Made by a program: the position numbers and the translations under genes | Shown here: one piece after another, positions 48,477 to 58,186 of the stretch | Position numbering within the stretch: the first letter of the stretch is position 1 | Layout of the letters: each line of letters begins with the position of its first letter | From: a virus | Taxonomy: Duplodnaviria > Caudoviricetes | Length of the DNA stretch: 61,974 nt | Direction: 5' to 3' (one strand) | IMG/VR virus record: IMGVR_UViG_3300046167_000270 | Location: 1 to 61,974 of that record | The notes under the pieces: model-generated | Told to the model about the DNA's origin: nothing | Database searches by the model: none | The model's input: only the letters and a program-made list of their open reading frames with translations

Positions 48477-48929
48477 TTATTTATTTATTTTTGTTATTTT
48501 TTCAGCACCACGACTTCCGAAGTATGCTACGTAAACTGTTACCAGTAATGTTTTTAATAAGTTTATCCAAGCATCATCAACTTGAAACTGTAAATGAAAA
48601 GAATCTACAGCCATCATGAACACAGCTGATGCTGTTAAAAATATAAGAGCTAAAGGTCTCGTGTTTTTACTTAACCAAGAGTCTGATTTCATATCAGCTC
48701 TCCATCTACTTGAAACTTCTTTTAATTCTTGTAAATCTTGCTCTATAAGCTTCATAGCATGCTCTTTATCAACAGCCTTAATCTTATTATCACTTGATAT
48801 AAGATTTTTTACTACGCCAAGAGTTCCTTGGTTAGGTAATATATCTCCTATAGCATCTAAAACTTTAGGAGCTTTACTAGCTAGAAAAGCCCCTACTTTA
48901 GTTTCTTTAAATGATTTTTTTTCAGCCAT
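48477..48929 (-). CDS. Putative holin (GTA-type 3TM holin-like)
   Basis: RWRADM..WLSKNTRP, TM segments, YFGSRGAEK. Confidence 0.75.
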   Translation of the reverse strand: MAEKKSFKETKVGAFLASKAPKVLDAIGDILPNQGTLGVVKNLISSDNKIKAVDKEHAMKLIEQDLQELKEVSSRWRADMKSDSWLSKNTRPLALIFLTASAVFMMAVDSFHLQFQVDDAWINLLKTLLVTVYVAYFGSRGAEKITKINK

Positions 48930-49762
48930 TACGATTTATCAACAGTTTTACCTTGTTTTTTCTGAGCCTCTAATTGTTCATCTACAGCTTGCTGAACTTG
49001 GTCTTTGTCACCTTGACTACTAATTACCACGTTTTGATCTAAGTCTTTACTTGCTTTATCACCTTTAGTAGTTGCTACAGCTTCTCTGTTTTGCTGTTCA
49101 GTTTTCACTTTCTTATTTTCTACTTTCTTATAAACGGTTCTTGTTTTCTTAATTTTACCTCTCTTACCAGTAACTGGATCATAACCTGTTTCATAATAAA
49201 CTTCTTCTACAGGTTGCATACCTCCTTGCATTTGATCACCTTTATCAACTTCTTGTGTAGTAAGCTTAGTTCCGATAGTTTTATCTTTAACATCAGCCTT
49301 TTTTAATACATTTCTAGGATTTACTTCTGGCCCTGGTTTTTTTCCAGTTGTTTTAGAATCAGTAGTGGTCTTATAAAGATTTTTTTCTTTCCATAACTCA
49401 CCTGCCTTTTGAAAATCTTCTAAACTAGAATATTTATCTTTAACACCATCTTTATTTTGGTTCCATAGATCTGCATAACTGCCTTCAGCTTCAAAGTGTT
49501 TTTTCCAGTTTGTAGTGGTATCTGTTGTTTCAGTACCATCTGGATTTTGCGTTATAGATGATGATACGTCAACTGCATTCCAGTTTTCGTTTTCAACTCC
49601 ATCTTCTACTTTTTTATCCAATTTTTGCTGAGCTTCTTCTTTTGTTTTTGGTTCACCGTTATTGTAAGCCATAGTGTTACCATTAGCTTTAAAAGGGCTC
49701 TGATTAAGGAACCCTTTGCTTTTTAATGGATTTACTCTTTTGTCTCCTAGTTTAAAAGCCAT
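48929..49762 (-). CDS. Lys-rich late protein
   Basis: MAFKLG..SPFK. Confidence 0.75.
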   Translation of the reverse strand: MAFKLGDKRVNPLKSKGFLNQSPFKANGNTMAYNNGEPKTKEEAQQKLDKKVEDGVENENWNAVDVSSSITQNPDGTETTDTTTNWKKHFEAEGSYADLWNQNKDGVKDKYSSLEDFQKAGELWKEKNLYKTTTDSKTTGKKPGPEVNPRNVLKKADVKDKTIGTKLTTQEVDKGDQMQGGMQPVEEVYYETGYDPVTGKRGKIKKTRTVYKKVENKKVKTEQQNREAVATTKGDKASKDLDQNVVISSQGDKDQVQQAVDEQLEAQKKQGKTVDKS

Positions 49763-49763
49763 A

Positions 49764-50927
49764 TTAATTAGATTTCATGTGTTTAGAAATTATAGAACCT
49801 TTTTTAGATTTTCCCATATAATCAGCTTTTGAAGCAGACTGATCACCATGAGAAGCACCTGTTTTACCGTGATAACTTTTATCAGTTCCTTTATAATTAG
49901 CATAGTCAATTCTAGAAGCAGATTGATCACCTTTCATAGCACCATGTTTGTAAGCCATAGTTTTATCCATTTTACCCATAGACTTCATATCATGTTGAGC
50001 ATTTTCAGCATAGTGCTTTCTTGCACTTGAGCTTAAACTAGGATTAGAAGCTTCTCTAACGTTATACTTAATAGATTGTTTGAAATACTTGATAGGACCA
50101 TCTGAATACATAGTAGACATAGAATCTTCACCAGCAGTTTTCTTAGCGTTTTTAGAATCCATTTGATCAAAATCTTTAAATGTTGTAGGTGAATCTGAAG
50201 CTGTAAGAATTATATCTTTCAATTGCTGCTTTGATTTTTTTCTTTCATTTTTAGTATCTACCATAGAAGCTTTTTTGTTAAGCTTGTCAGCTTTTGCAAA
50301 ACCTTTTTCAGTCGATAAATCTACTTTTGACATTTTCTTTGCAATCTTTTCTGACTTTCTGCCTCCAGTAATAAGTTTATTCTGTTTTTTACCAGCTCTG
50401 TTAGCCTTTCTTTTAAGACCACCTTTTAATCCTGCTTTTTTACCAGCTTTTTTATCACCAGCTTCAATTCTTTCTTTTAGTACTTTTTGTCTTTCTGTAC
50501 TAGTAGCTTTTTCATCTACTTTCATGTCAGAAGGTTTTACTGAAGAAGAAGAAGACTTAGATTTTTTCTGTACTCTTGGATTTTCTGCTTTTTTATTATC
50601 AACACTACCTCTCATAGTATTTTCAACTTTCTTTTCGTTTTTCTTATTAACCTCTGCTTTAGTCTCTGCTTTAGTTTTTACTGGCCTGTTAGTAGGACCT
50701 TTTCCATAAGCTTTGTTAATTTTATTTTGAGCAGCGTTTTGAGCTGACTTATCGCCAGATTTTTTAGCTGCAGCTCTATCTTTAATATAAGAATCTAATT
50801 TAGGATCATTTTTCTTAGCGCTTGCGTAAGTTCCTGCTTCTAGTTGTTTTTCCATTTTTGGATATACTTTTGTCCCTCCTTGCTTAGGTGGGAGTGAGTA
50901 ATATTGTTCTGCTGTTTGAGTTGGCAT
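49764..50927 (-). CDS. Very basic low-complexity late protein
   Basis: K-rich; start taken as MPTQ. Confidence 0.75.
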   Translation of the reverse strand: MPTQTAEQYYSLPPKQGGTKVYPKMEKQLEAGTYASAKKNDPKLDSYIKDRAAAKKSGDKSAQNAAQNKINKAYGKGPTNRPVKTKAETKAEVNKKNEKKVENTMRGSVDNKKAENPRVQKKSKSSSSSVKPSDMKVDEKATSTERQKVLKERIEAGDKKAGKKAGLKGGLKRKANRAGKKQNKLITGGRKSEKIAKKMSKVDLSTEKGFAKADKLNKKASMVDTKNERKKSKQQLKDIILTASDSPTTFKDFDQMDSKNAKKTAGEDSMSTMYSDGPIKYFKQSIKYNVREASNPSLSSSARKHYAENAQHDMKSMGKMDKTMAYKHGAMKGDQSASRIDYANYKGTDKSYHGKTGASHGDQSASKADYMGKSKKGSIISKHMKSN

Positions 50928-50931
50928 TTTT

Positions 50932-51294
50932 TTATTTTTTATTTGTTTTATATGCTTCTTGTTCCCAAGGGAAGCTAGGATGTCCTTCAACTTTCCAAGT
51001 TCCTTTGTATTTTATTTTTCCATTTTTTCTTGGATAAGTTTCCCCTTGCCAAGTAACACTATCATTAGTGTAGTTTAGTCCTTTGTTTCCATCAGACTTT
51101 TCAAAATCTTTAAATTGTTCAACATGTACCATTTCATGATCATCAACTTCTTTTCTTTGTTTAGGATCTGTAATGTCCATGTTCATAACTATGGTGCCGT
51201 TTTTATTAGCTCTACCTAAAACTCCTGGTTCTTCCTTTTTTTCATATCTAGGAGTATTATCTATTTTATAAGGTGGTTTTATTCTAAATGCCAT
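50932..51294 (-). CDS. Zincin-like metallopeptidase
   Basis: HEMVH plus downstream PWEQEAY. Confidence 0.75.
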   Translation of the reverse strand: MAFRIKPPYKIDNTPRYEKKEEPGVLGRANKNGTIVMNMDITDPKQRKEVDDHEMVHVEQFKDFEKSDGNKGLNYTNDSVTWQGETYPRKNGKIKYKGTWKVEGHPSFPWEQEAYKTNKK

Positions 51295-51303
51295 AATATG
51301 TTA

Positions 51304-51969
51304 TTAACAATTCCATCTACGTCTAGCAGCTAAACCTCTTTTGCTTTTCCAAGATTTAGATCTTGCGCAAAAAGCTTTTCTACGTTTAGCAGACTTACTT
51401 CCAGGTTTTAATTTTTTAGGATCAGTAGTTACAGCAGTTTTTAGCTTGCTACCTGGGTTTTTTCTTTTATATTCATTAACACCTTTCTGTGTCATACCGC
51501 CACCAGCCGCACCACCAGTACCAGTAGATTTAGCTTTATTAAAGTTTTTACCTTTACCAATAGTTCTTCTTACATCACCTTTTTTGTCTACAGGAGATTT
51601 TTTACAACTACCTTTTGAACCTTTAACGGTTCCAGGAACTCTACTATAACCTTCCCAACATTTAGCTATTGACTTTTTTTCTTCAGGAGATTTTTCACCA
51701 CACTTTAAGCTAGGATTAGCAACTTGTCTCCAATCTTGATCAAGCCATTTTTTTAAACTACCACCGCTACTAGTTCCTTTTACATTACTTTTAGAACTTC
51801 TTTTATAATCACCTTTAGCACCTGCAGATCTTTTAGCACGAACAACAGCGTTTTTATCAGAGTTGCTCATGCTTCTTATTTTAGCAAGAGGCAAGCAAAC
51901 TTTCTTAGTTCCTCCTCCTTTTGCTTTAATTTTTTTTACTTTTAAAAATGGAGATTCCATATTTAACAA
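51304..51969 (-). CDS. Basic modular late protein
   Basis: CWEGY and RRKAFCAR..RRWNC modules separated by SPxxK. Confidence 0.75.
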   Translation of the reverse strand: MLNMESPFLKVKKIKAKGGGTKKVCLPLAKIRSMSNSDKNAVVRAKRSAGAKGDYKRSSKSNVKGTSSGGSLKKWLDQDWRQVANPSLKCGEKSPEEKKSIAKCWEGYSRVPGTVKGSKGSCKKSPVDKKGDVRRTIGKGKNFNKAKSTGTGGAAGGGMTQKGVNEYKRKNPGSKLKTAVTTDPKKLKPGSKSAKRRKAFCARSKSWKSKRGLAARRRWNC

Positions 51970-52289
51970 CCTCCAGCTTTTTGTTTTTTAGACGCCCATA
52001 TATTAGCATAAGCTGAAGGATATACATCAAACTTAGCTCTTGCTGCAGCTTTACAAGATGCTGATAGTTTTACCAATGCAGGTGAATTTACTGATGTGTC
52101 ATACTTATTAGGTGATTTATCTTCCATTTTATCTATATGTTTTTGGACTGTAGCAGCTTGAGCACCATGAGCTTTTACAGCTCCTTTGAGTTGCTTAACA
52201 ACTTTTTTTAAACCCTCAACCTTAGCTGGTGATTTTTCATCTTTACTAGCCCATATAGCTTTTCTCTGTGCGTCGTTTGCAAATCCCAT
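51963..52289 (-). CDS. Basic modular late protein
   Basis: YPSAYAN module; SPAK/SPNK linkers. Confidence 0.75.
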   Translation of the reverse strand: MGFANDAQRKAIWASKDEKSPAKVEGLKKVVKQLKGAVKAHGAQAATVQKHIDKMEDKSPNKYDTSVNSPALVKLSASCKAAARAKFDVYPSAYANIWASKKQKAGGC

Positions 52290-52292
52290 AAT

Positions 52293-52706
52293 TTATAATT
52301 TTCTACCTTTTTTATCTACCTTTATTTCTTTCACTATAACTCTAGTGCTAGGCTTTTTGTTTTGTAATTCTTCTAACTGCCTGTTAAGCTCTTCTAATTT
52401 ACCATCAGCTTCTGTGCCATCTTTAATCATGCTAGCAGTTATACTAATTTCTTCTTTTAATATATCTTGCGTCTGCTCAAGCATATCTACTTGATCTTTT
52501 AATTGCATGATCATTTTTTCATTCCACTCTTCTTTTAATTCATACTCTAAACGAGTAACTTCTATAGGTGGTAGTTTTTTAGCTTCTTCAATATCTGCTT
52601 GCAATGTGTAATACATACCTACGAAAGAGGCTGTAACCATTATTATTGCTACTACAGTTTTTAAGTCAAGTTGTATATTAGTGTTCTCAGAGATCTTTGT
52701 ACTCAT
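52293..52706 (-). CDS. Single-TM coiled-coil protein (spanin-like candidate)
   Basis: TM segment then coiled coil; overlaps the endolysin end. Confidence 0.6.
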   Translation of the reverse strand: MSTKISENTNIQLDLKTVVAIIMVTASFVGMYYTLQADIEEAKKLPPIEVTRLEYELKEEWNEKMIMQLKDQVDMLEQTQDILKEEISITASMIKDGTEADGKLEELNRQLEELQNKKPSTRVIVKEIKVDKKGRKL

Positions 52707-53100
52707 TAGTTGCGTCAAATGATGGGCATGCTTTATTAGCAAACTCATTGTGTGAATATATAGTAGCAAGCGGAAACATAGCCATTAATGTTTTCAACAC
52801 GTGTAATAGACTTTCTTTCTGCGCTTCTGTTCTTGTGTCTTTTGGTGTTTTACCATCAGCTTCTACGCCTCCGCAATAACACACCCCTATTGAATTTCTA
52901 TTGTGATTTTTACAATGAGCTCCTGATCTATCTATATCTCTACCTTTCCATATTTTACCATTTATGTCAATATAGAAATGGTAGCCAATGTCTGACCAAC
53001 CACGACCTTCTACGTGCCATTTTTTTATGGTATCAACTGATATATCTTGTCCTTCTCTAGTAGCAGAGCAATGTATTATAATTTCACTTATACTTCTCAT
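52687..53100 (-). CDS. Endolysin, T7-lysozyme-like N-acetylmuramoyl-L-alanine amidase
   Basis: IIIHCSAT, GWSDIGYH, GAHC, KACPSFD. Confidence 0.93.
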   Translation of the reverse strand: MRSISEIIIHCSATREGQDISVDTIKKWHVEGRGWSDIGYHFYIDINGKIWKGRDIDRSGAHCKNHNRNSIGVCYCGGVEADGKTPKDTRTEAQKESLLHVLKTLMAMFPLATIYSHNEFANKACPSFDATNEYKDL

Positions 53101-53882
53101 ACTTTTTTCATATATTTTCTTTCAAGTTTTCCTCTTTGTCTTTCAGGTCTATATTCTTCATTACGGTTTATAGCATCTTGACGGAATTGATGGTCTGATT
53201 TAAGATTTGCTTTTGGGTGTCTTTTTTTAAATGAAGCTCTCATTTCTTTGCTTACTTGCAGATCTTCTTTAACATACTCATCTCCTTTAGACCCTGTTTT
53301 TGGAATTGAACCTGTTATAGCTTTTTTAGGTTTCATTTTTTCTGGAGATTCAGGGTTTTTCATTGCAACAGGAGCAGCATTGTTCAGTGCATCAACTTTA
53401 GCCGCACCTGACTTTGAAGCGTCATTAATAGTATTTAAAGTTACTTCTTTATCTGTAGGTACTTCTTTACCATCTTTATTTTTAGGATCTTTGTTTTCTT
53501 CTTCTACTGTTGAATTTTTAGGAGTAGGCTTAGTATCTAAATGTTGATTTAAGTTTTTAGGTTGAAAAACTAAAGCTTTACTAGGTGAGCCACAATTAGA
53601 ATTTTTCATTTTCTTAATCATTTTAGCTATGCTCTGATTGTCTTTTCGATCTAATTGATAATCTGCGTATTTATTCATTTCTACCCTAGTTCCATCAGCT
53701 TTCATTTCATTAGCTGTTGGCTTTTTTCTAGGATTAGGCTTTGGCTTATTAGGCTTTGGCTTAGGACTAGGACTTGGACTTGGACTTTTCTTTTCTCTGC
53801 TGGGCGGGCTAATTCTTGAATATTTGAGTTTTGTCGCCTTGTCAGCTGTTGTGTTTATTTTTTTAGGTATATCAGCCATCAT
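53097..53882 (-). CDS. Lys/Pro-rich late protein
   Basis: SPSPSP, GSPSK, ESPEK. Confidence 0.75.
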   Translation of the reverse strand: MMADIPKKINTTADKATKLKYSRISPPSREKKSPSPSPSPKPKPNKPKPNPRKKPTANEMKADGTRVEMNKYADYQLDRKDNQSIAKMIKKMKNSNCGSPSKALVFQPKNLNQHLDTKPTPKNSTVEEENKDPKNKDGKEVPTDKEVTLNTINDASKSGAAKVDALNNAAPVAMKNPESPEKMKPKKAITGSIPKTGSKGDEYVKEDLQVSKEMRASFKKRHPKANLKSDHQFRQDAINRNEEYRPERQRGKLERKYMKKV

Positions 53883-54036
53883 TTCTTTTTTTCATCAAGT
53901 ACCACTTATGTGCTGTGTAACCTAATGTTGTTAATAATAATAAGATAGACAAGACAGGCTCTAACCATCCTAAGCTAACAACTGTAGCAGATGTTATATT
54001 TAAACAATATAATTTTAAATCTTCCACAGTATTCAT
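53872..54036 (-). CDS. Small holin-like membrane protein (54 aa)
   Basis: Read manually: ..WLEPVLSILLLLTTLGYTAHKWYLMKKR. Confidence 0.6.
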   Translation of the reverse strand: MNTVEDLKLYCLNITSATVVSLGWLEPVLSILLLLTTLGYTAHKWYLMKKRNDG

Positions 54037-54218
54037 TATTTTTGAGCATTTAAAACAGCGTTGCCTTTGTATTCAATGCTATCTATTCTTAACGTTGGCT
54101 CTATAGCCATATTGTTAGACATCATCGTTCTGTCTTTTTCTTTTGTGCATCCGCACTTAACTGCAAATCCAGCAGTATACGTGCTAGGATCTACTTTTTT
54201 TCCACTATAACTTGGCAT
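54036..54218 (-). CDS. Hypothetical late protein
   Basis: ORF downstream of the class II motif. Confidence 0.65.
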   Translation of the reverse strand: MPSYSGKKVDPSTYTAGFAVKCGCTKEKDRTMMSNNMAIEPTLRIDSIEYKGNAVLNAQK

Positions 54219-54251
54219 AATTTTTTTATTTTTGGTTTATATTTGGTGTTG

Positions 54252-54270
54252 TATATATATAATTACATAT
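54252..54270 (-). promoter_or_regulatory. Class II promoter candidate
   Basis: 19-bp identity with 8871-8889. Confidence 0.55.
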
Positions 54271-54293
54271 ATAATTTACACCTTTACAATATT

Positions 54294-55145
54294 TTAAAAT
54301 GAAGCTTGTATTGTTCCTTCTGCTTTTTTACCTTTGTAAGTGTCTACTGAAGTTTTTGTTCCGTCTTTGTTAATTCTACTATTAGTTGTTTGACCATCTG
54401 TTTTTCCTTTTCCAGATCTATCACCTTTTTCTTTTGTAAAATTAACTTCAAAAGTATCAAGCGTTGTTCCTTCGCCAGGTTTTCCCTTAGCTTTTGCAGC
54501 AGACTTTAAAGCTCCAATAGCTTGTACACCTTTAATTATAGCCCCAACAGGTATTGCTTTTATTGGTGCAGCATCAACTTTAGCTTTAAAATTAGGGTTA
54601 GAGTCTAGTTCGCCTGCAGCAGAAGCTTTTCTTAAACCTTTATTAAATTGACTTGGTGAGGGAACTGGATTAGGTACATTGCCAAACATTCTAGCAGCAT
54701 AAGCCATTGAATCGTTTTTAAAGTTACCTTTCATTGTCATAGGCGTTTGGCTTATTGAGCTAGCGCTACGATCTGGTGTTCCAGCTCTATTAGCTTTTAC
54801 AGCAGCTTGATCTGCTTGAGCTTGTAATGTTTGAGCTGTATTAGCGTTGCCTACGTTTGTTGGGCCTTGACCCATGCCAGTTGGTAGCACTTGCCCTGTA
54901 GTTGGATCTACAGTGTCCATTTTTGCTGGTGAGCCGTACATCTTTGTCGCTGTAACTTCAAACTCTGGTAACATTGAAGTATAATTAGTATTTTTAGGTT
55001 GTTTATTTGTACCTTTATTACCTTCTAATTCTTGCGCGTTATCTCTTCTCTGTTTTGAAATGTTATTTTCAAGAGTTCCAATACCTCCTTTTGACTGACT
55101 TACGTCACCGGCGTATAATTTTTCTTTTTTTGTTTTATCTGGCAT
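54294..55145 (-). CDS. Low-complexity late protein
   Basis: GSPAK, TPMTMK, APIK motifs. Confidence 0.75.
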   Translation of the reverse strand: MPDKTKKEKLYAGDVSQSKGGIGTLENNISKQRRDNAQELEGNKGTNKQPKNTNYTSMLPEFEVTATKMYGSPAKMDTVDPTTGQVLPTGMGQGPTNVGNANTAQTLQAQADQAAVKANRAGTPDRSASSISQTPMTMKGNFKNDSMAYAARMFGNVPNPVPSPSQFNKGLRKASAAGELDSNPNFKAKVDAAPIKAIPVGAIIKGVQAIGALKSAAKAKGKPGEGTTLDTFEVNFTKEKGDRSGKGKTDGQTTNSRINKDGTKTSVDTYKGKKAEGTIQASF

Positions 55146-55146
55146 T

Positions 55147-55581
55147 TTATCTTGTTTTGTCTTTGTTAACGTATTTTATTGATTTAGTTATTACTTTAAA
55201 ACTATATCTATTTATATTTTCTAATTTAGTTGTAGGCATGTCTTCTTCACCTAGCATAATTCGGTACATGCGACTTATCAGCTGTTTGCACTTTACGGAA
55301 ACTTTATATATATGATATTTTTGAGTTGTGTGGTTTCTTTTTCTCCACACTGTAATCCACCCTTGTTTCAATAATCTGTTCCAGCGCCTGTTATCCCAGC
55401 TGAATGAGTACGTACCTTTTTTAAAATCATCTTTAGTAAAAAAATCTATAGCATCTAAATAGATTAGTAATTCTAAATCTGCATCGTTTAATTCGTTTAT
55501 TTTACAAGCCCATTTACGTATTATTCTATAGTGTTTAAGTAAACCTAGTTCTTTTAAATCACTAGACGTTAACTTTCTCAT
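55147..55581 (-). CDS. Winged-helix (MarR-like) DNA-binding protein candidate
   Basis: LNDADLELLIYL..RLLKQGWI..YKVSVKCK. Confidence 0.6.
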   Translation of the reverse strand: MRKLTSSDLKELGLLKHYRIIRKWACKINELNDADLELLIYLDAIDFFTKDDFKKGTYSFSWDNRRWNRLLKQGWITVWRKRNHTTQKYHIYKVSVKCKQLISRMYRIMLGEEDMPTTKLENINRYSFKVITKSIKYVNKDKTR

Positions 55582-55838
55582 AGAACAATAACTATATCAT
55601 GCTCTTTAATAACTTTGTATTCTTCTTTTTCTAACTCTATATTAAACCCAGCTGACTTGTCATAATAGACTTCATCACCTTTTTTTATTGCTTGTACATC
55701 AGAGCCAGGTTCTATAACCTTAGCTCTTCTGTATCTTACATCTTCTCTTTGCTTTTCAGCTAGAATTAAACCTCCTTTTGTAGTTGTGTCAACTTCCTTG
55801 ATAGGATCTATAACTATATACTTGCCTATCGCTCTCAT
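55578..55838 (-). CDS. groES: Co-chaperonin GroES
   Basis: TTKGGLIL, KKGDEVYY, IKEHDI. Confidence 0.9.
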   Translation of the reverse strand: MRAIGKYIVIDPIKEVDTTTKGGLILAEKQREDVRYRRAKVIEPGSDVQAIKKGDEVYYDKSAGFNIELEKEEYKVIKEHDIVIVL

Positions 55839-57379
55839 ACTCTTACATTGTTGATTACACAATCAGTTGACAATATAGTTGTAGCTACTGAAGCTGCGTT
55901 AATTAATGCACTTTTAGTAACTAACAAAGGATCTATAATTCCGGCTTTTACCATATCAACCGTATTTCCTGTAACCACATCTAATCCTTTACCATCTTCA
56001 AGTTTGTTTAACTTTTCTATACCAGCATTTTTTAATATTAATTCATGAGGTCTTCTTATAGCTTGGTATAATACTTCCTCACCTATACAACTTGGTTTCA
56101 AGTTAAAACTAGCATTTAATAAAGCTATACCACCACCTGGTACTATACCTTCTTTAATTGCAGCTTTAGTAGCACAAATAGCGTCTTCAACTCTATCTCT
56201 CTTCTCTTTTAATTCTATCTCTGAGTTAGCCCCAACTTTAACTGTAGCAACTTTAGCTTTTAACTTAGCTAATCGTTTCTCTAGTCTAATTATAATATTA
56301 GGGTTTTTAGTTTCTTTTATATTTTTTTCTAACAAAGCAATAGTTTCTTTAACTTTTATATTATCGGTTAAATCAACTTGTAGTATTGTTTCCTCATGGT
56401 TAGTTACAGATTTTATACATTTACCTAAATGTTCTGGTTGTATTATATCCATATCATCACCAAGGTCTTCGTTAATAAGTGTAGCACCAGTCACAGCACA
56501 TAGATCGCTTAACACGTCTTTTTTGCTGATTCCGTATACTGGTGCATCTATAATGTTGACTTTTATATTACCCTTCTTTTTGTTCATGGCCAGCGCGGAA
56601 ACTACTTGTTGGTCAACATCAGCAATAATAAGTAAACTCTTACCATGCTTTATAATATATTCAAGAACCGACTGAATCTTCCTCACGTTGGGTATTACTG
56701 ACTCTACAATTAGAACCAAAGGATTTTCAAGTTCAGCTGTTCCTTTTTCTATGTTAGTAATAAAGTGATTGTTCTTTAACGCTTGGTCATATTGAACACC
56801 CTCTATTAATTCTACTACAGTTTCAGGTTGGTCATTTGTTTCCATCATAACAACACCTGTTTCATCTACTAATCTAAATGCTTCACCTATAACTTTACCT
56901 AACTCTTTATCATTGTTAGCAGATATAGTAGCTACTTGGTCAATCTTCTTACCAGTAACCTTTTTAGATTTTTTATTTAAATACTTTATAACTTTTTCAA
57001 CACCTGATTCAACACCTTGTTTCATAGCTCTTGGATCATCTAAAAGCGAGTGCTCTGTAGCTTGGTCTAATATAGCTTTAGCTAATACTGTTGCGGTAGT
57101 TGTACCATCACCAGCATCTGATACTGTTCTTTGAGCTGCTTGTTTAATTAGCGTAGCTCCGATGTTTTCTAATGGATCTTGTAATGTGATGCTATTAGCA
57201 ACTGTTACTCCATCTTTTGTTATTTGTGGTGCGCCATTACCATCTTCTAGTATAACACATTTTCCACTTGCTCCTAAGGTTGATCCTACTGCATTAGTAA
57301 GTTTTTCAACCCCAGTTAATACCTGACTTCTAGCAGTATCGCCAAAAGTCAGGTTTTTAACTAACTTTAATTCTTGCAT
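55835..57379 (-). CDS. groEL: Chaperonin GroEL
   Basis: TKDGVTVA, GDGTTTATVLA, GIVPGGG, GIIDP. Confidence 0.97.
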   Translation of the reverse strand: MQELKLVKNLTFGDTARSQVLTGVEKLTNAVGSTLGASGKCVILEDGNGAPQITKDGVTVANSITLQDPLENIGATLIKQAAQRTVSDAGDGTTTATVLAKAILDQATEHSLLDDPRAMKQGVESGVEKVIKYLNKKSKKVTGKKIDQVATISANNDKELGKVIGEAFRLVDETGVVMMETNDQPETVVELIEGVQYDQALKNNHFITNIEKGTAELENPLVLIVESVIPNVRKIQSVLEYIIKHGKSLLIIADVDQQVVSALAMNKKKGNIKVNIIDAPVYGISKKDVLSDLCAVTGATLINEDLGDDMDIIQPEHLGKCIKSVTNHEETILQVDLTDNIKVKETIALLEKNIKETKNPNIIIRLEKRLAKLKAKVATVKVGANSEIELKEKRDRVEDAICATKAAIKEGIVPGGGIALLNASFNLKPSCIGEEVLYQAIRRPHELILKNAGIEKLNKLEDGKGLDVVTGNTVDMVKAGIIDPLLVTKSALINAASVATTILSTDCVINNVRV

Positions 57380-57411
57380 TTAATTTAATTTAATATAATT
57401 GTGTTTGAATA

Positions 57412-57702
57412 TTACTCGAAGGTTTTAACTACTTTCGGTCCTTTGGTAAACTCTAGCTTTTTAGCATAATGTTCAATAGAAGCATCTATTGCTTGTTCTG
57501 CTCCAGCTATTGTTTCTCTTCTGGTAACATCGATCCAATCATCTGAATCGATAGATTTATATTCGGTTTGTAAAAATCCATTTGGTAATTGAACTATTCT
57601 CCAGTTTTTCTTCTGTGAAATATGTTTCCAGTACTTAATGGTTTCTTCTGTTGGTTGTGGTGCACTAGACCACGTATTGGTGCGGGTATATAAAAACGTC
57701 AT
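57412..57702 (-). CDS. Hypothetical protein
   Basis: ORF track. Confidence 0.75.
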   Translation of the reverse strand: MTFLYTRTNTWSSAPQPTEETIKYWKHISQKKNWRIVQLPNGFLQTEYKSIDSDDWIDVTRRETIAGAEQAIDASIEHYAKKLEFTKGPKVVKTFE

Positions 57703-57737
57703 TGTATTTGGTTTTAAGTTAAACGTTGGTTATTATA

Positions 57738-57749
57738 TACTATCACTTG
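57738..57749 (-). promoter_or_regulatory. Class II promoter candidate CAAGTGATAGTA
   Basis: Intergenic motif repeat. Confidence 0.5.
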
Positions 57750-57762
57750 ATAGTTCGGTTAT

Positions 57763-58185
57763 TTAATATTTTTTCTTTTTAAAAGCTTTAGTTTCCTCTA
57801 TATTACCTGGATAATACTTGTTTGTTATTAAAGAATATTTCGGTAAATCATATGTTTCTCCAAATTGACTCCAGTTGCCATTGTCTAAATCTTTAGCAGT
57901 GTAATAAGTTATATCCATTATAAAAAAGTTGCCTAATTCATTTTCAGGTCTATATATACCATTTACATAACTTGTAATCTCTCTTGGATGTAGTTGACAA
58001 CATGGACATCTTTTTATTTCATTTACATAAATACCTACGTCTAAGTCTGAATCAACTTTAAAATCACCACTTACTCTACTGCCGTAAACTACTATATCTA
58101 AATACTCTTTATCACCTACTATTTCTATTATTCTATTTAGAAGTTTAGCTTTGTCTTGATCATCCCAGTGTTGTATTAATTTCAT
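57763..58185 (-). CDS. Minimal nucleotidyltransferase (Pol beta superfamily)
   Basis: VVYGSRVSGDFKVDSDLDV plus a later MDI Asp. Confidence 0.85.
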   Translation of the reverse strand: MKLIQHWDDQDKAKLLNRIIEIVGDKEYLDIVVYGSRVSGDFKVDSDLDVGIYVNEIKRCPCCQLHPREITSYVNGIYRPENELGNFFIMDITYYTAKDLDNGNWSQFGETYDLPKYSLITNKYYPGNIEETKAFKKKKY

Positions 58186-58186
58186 G

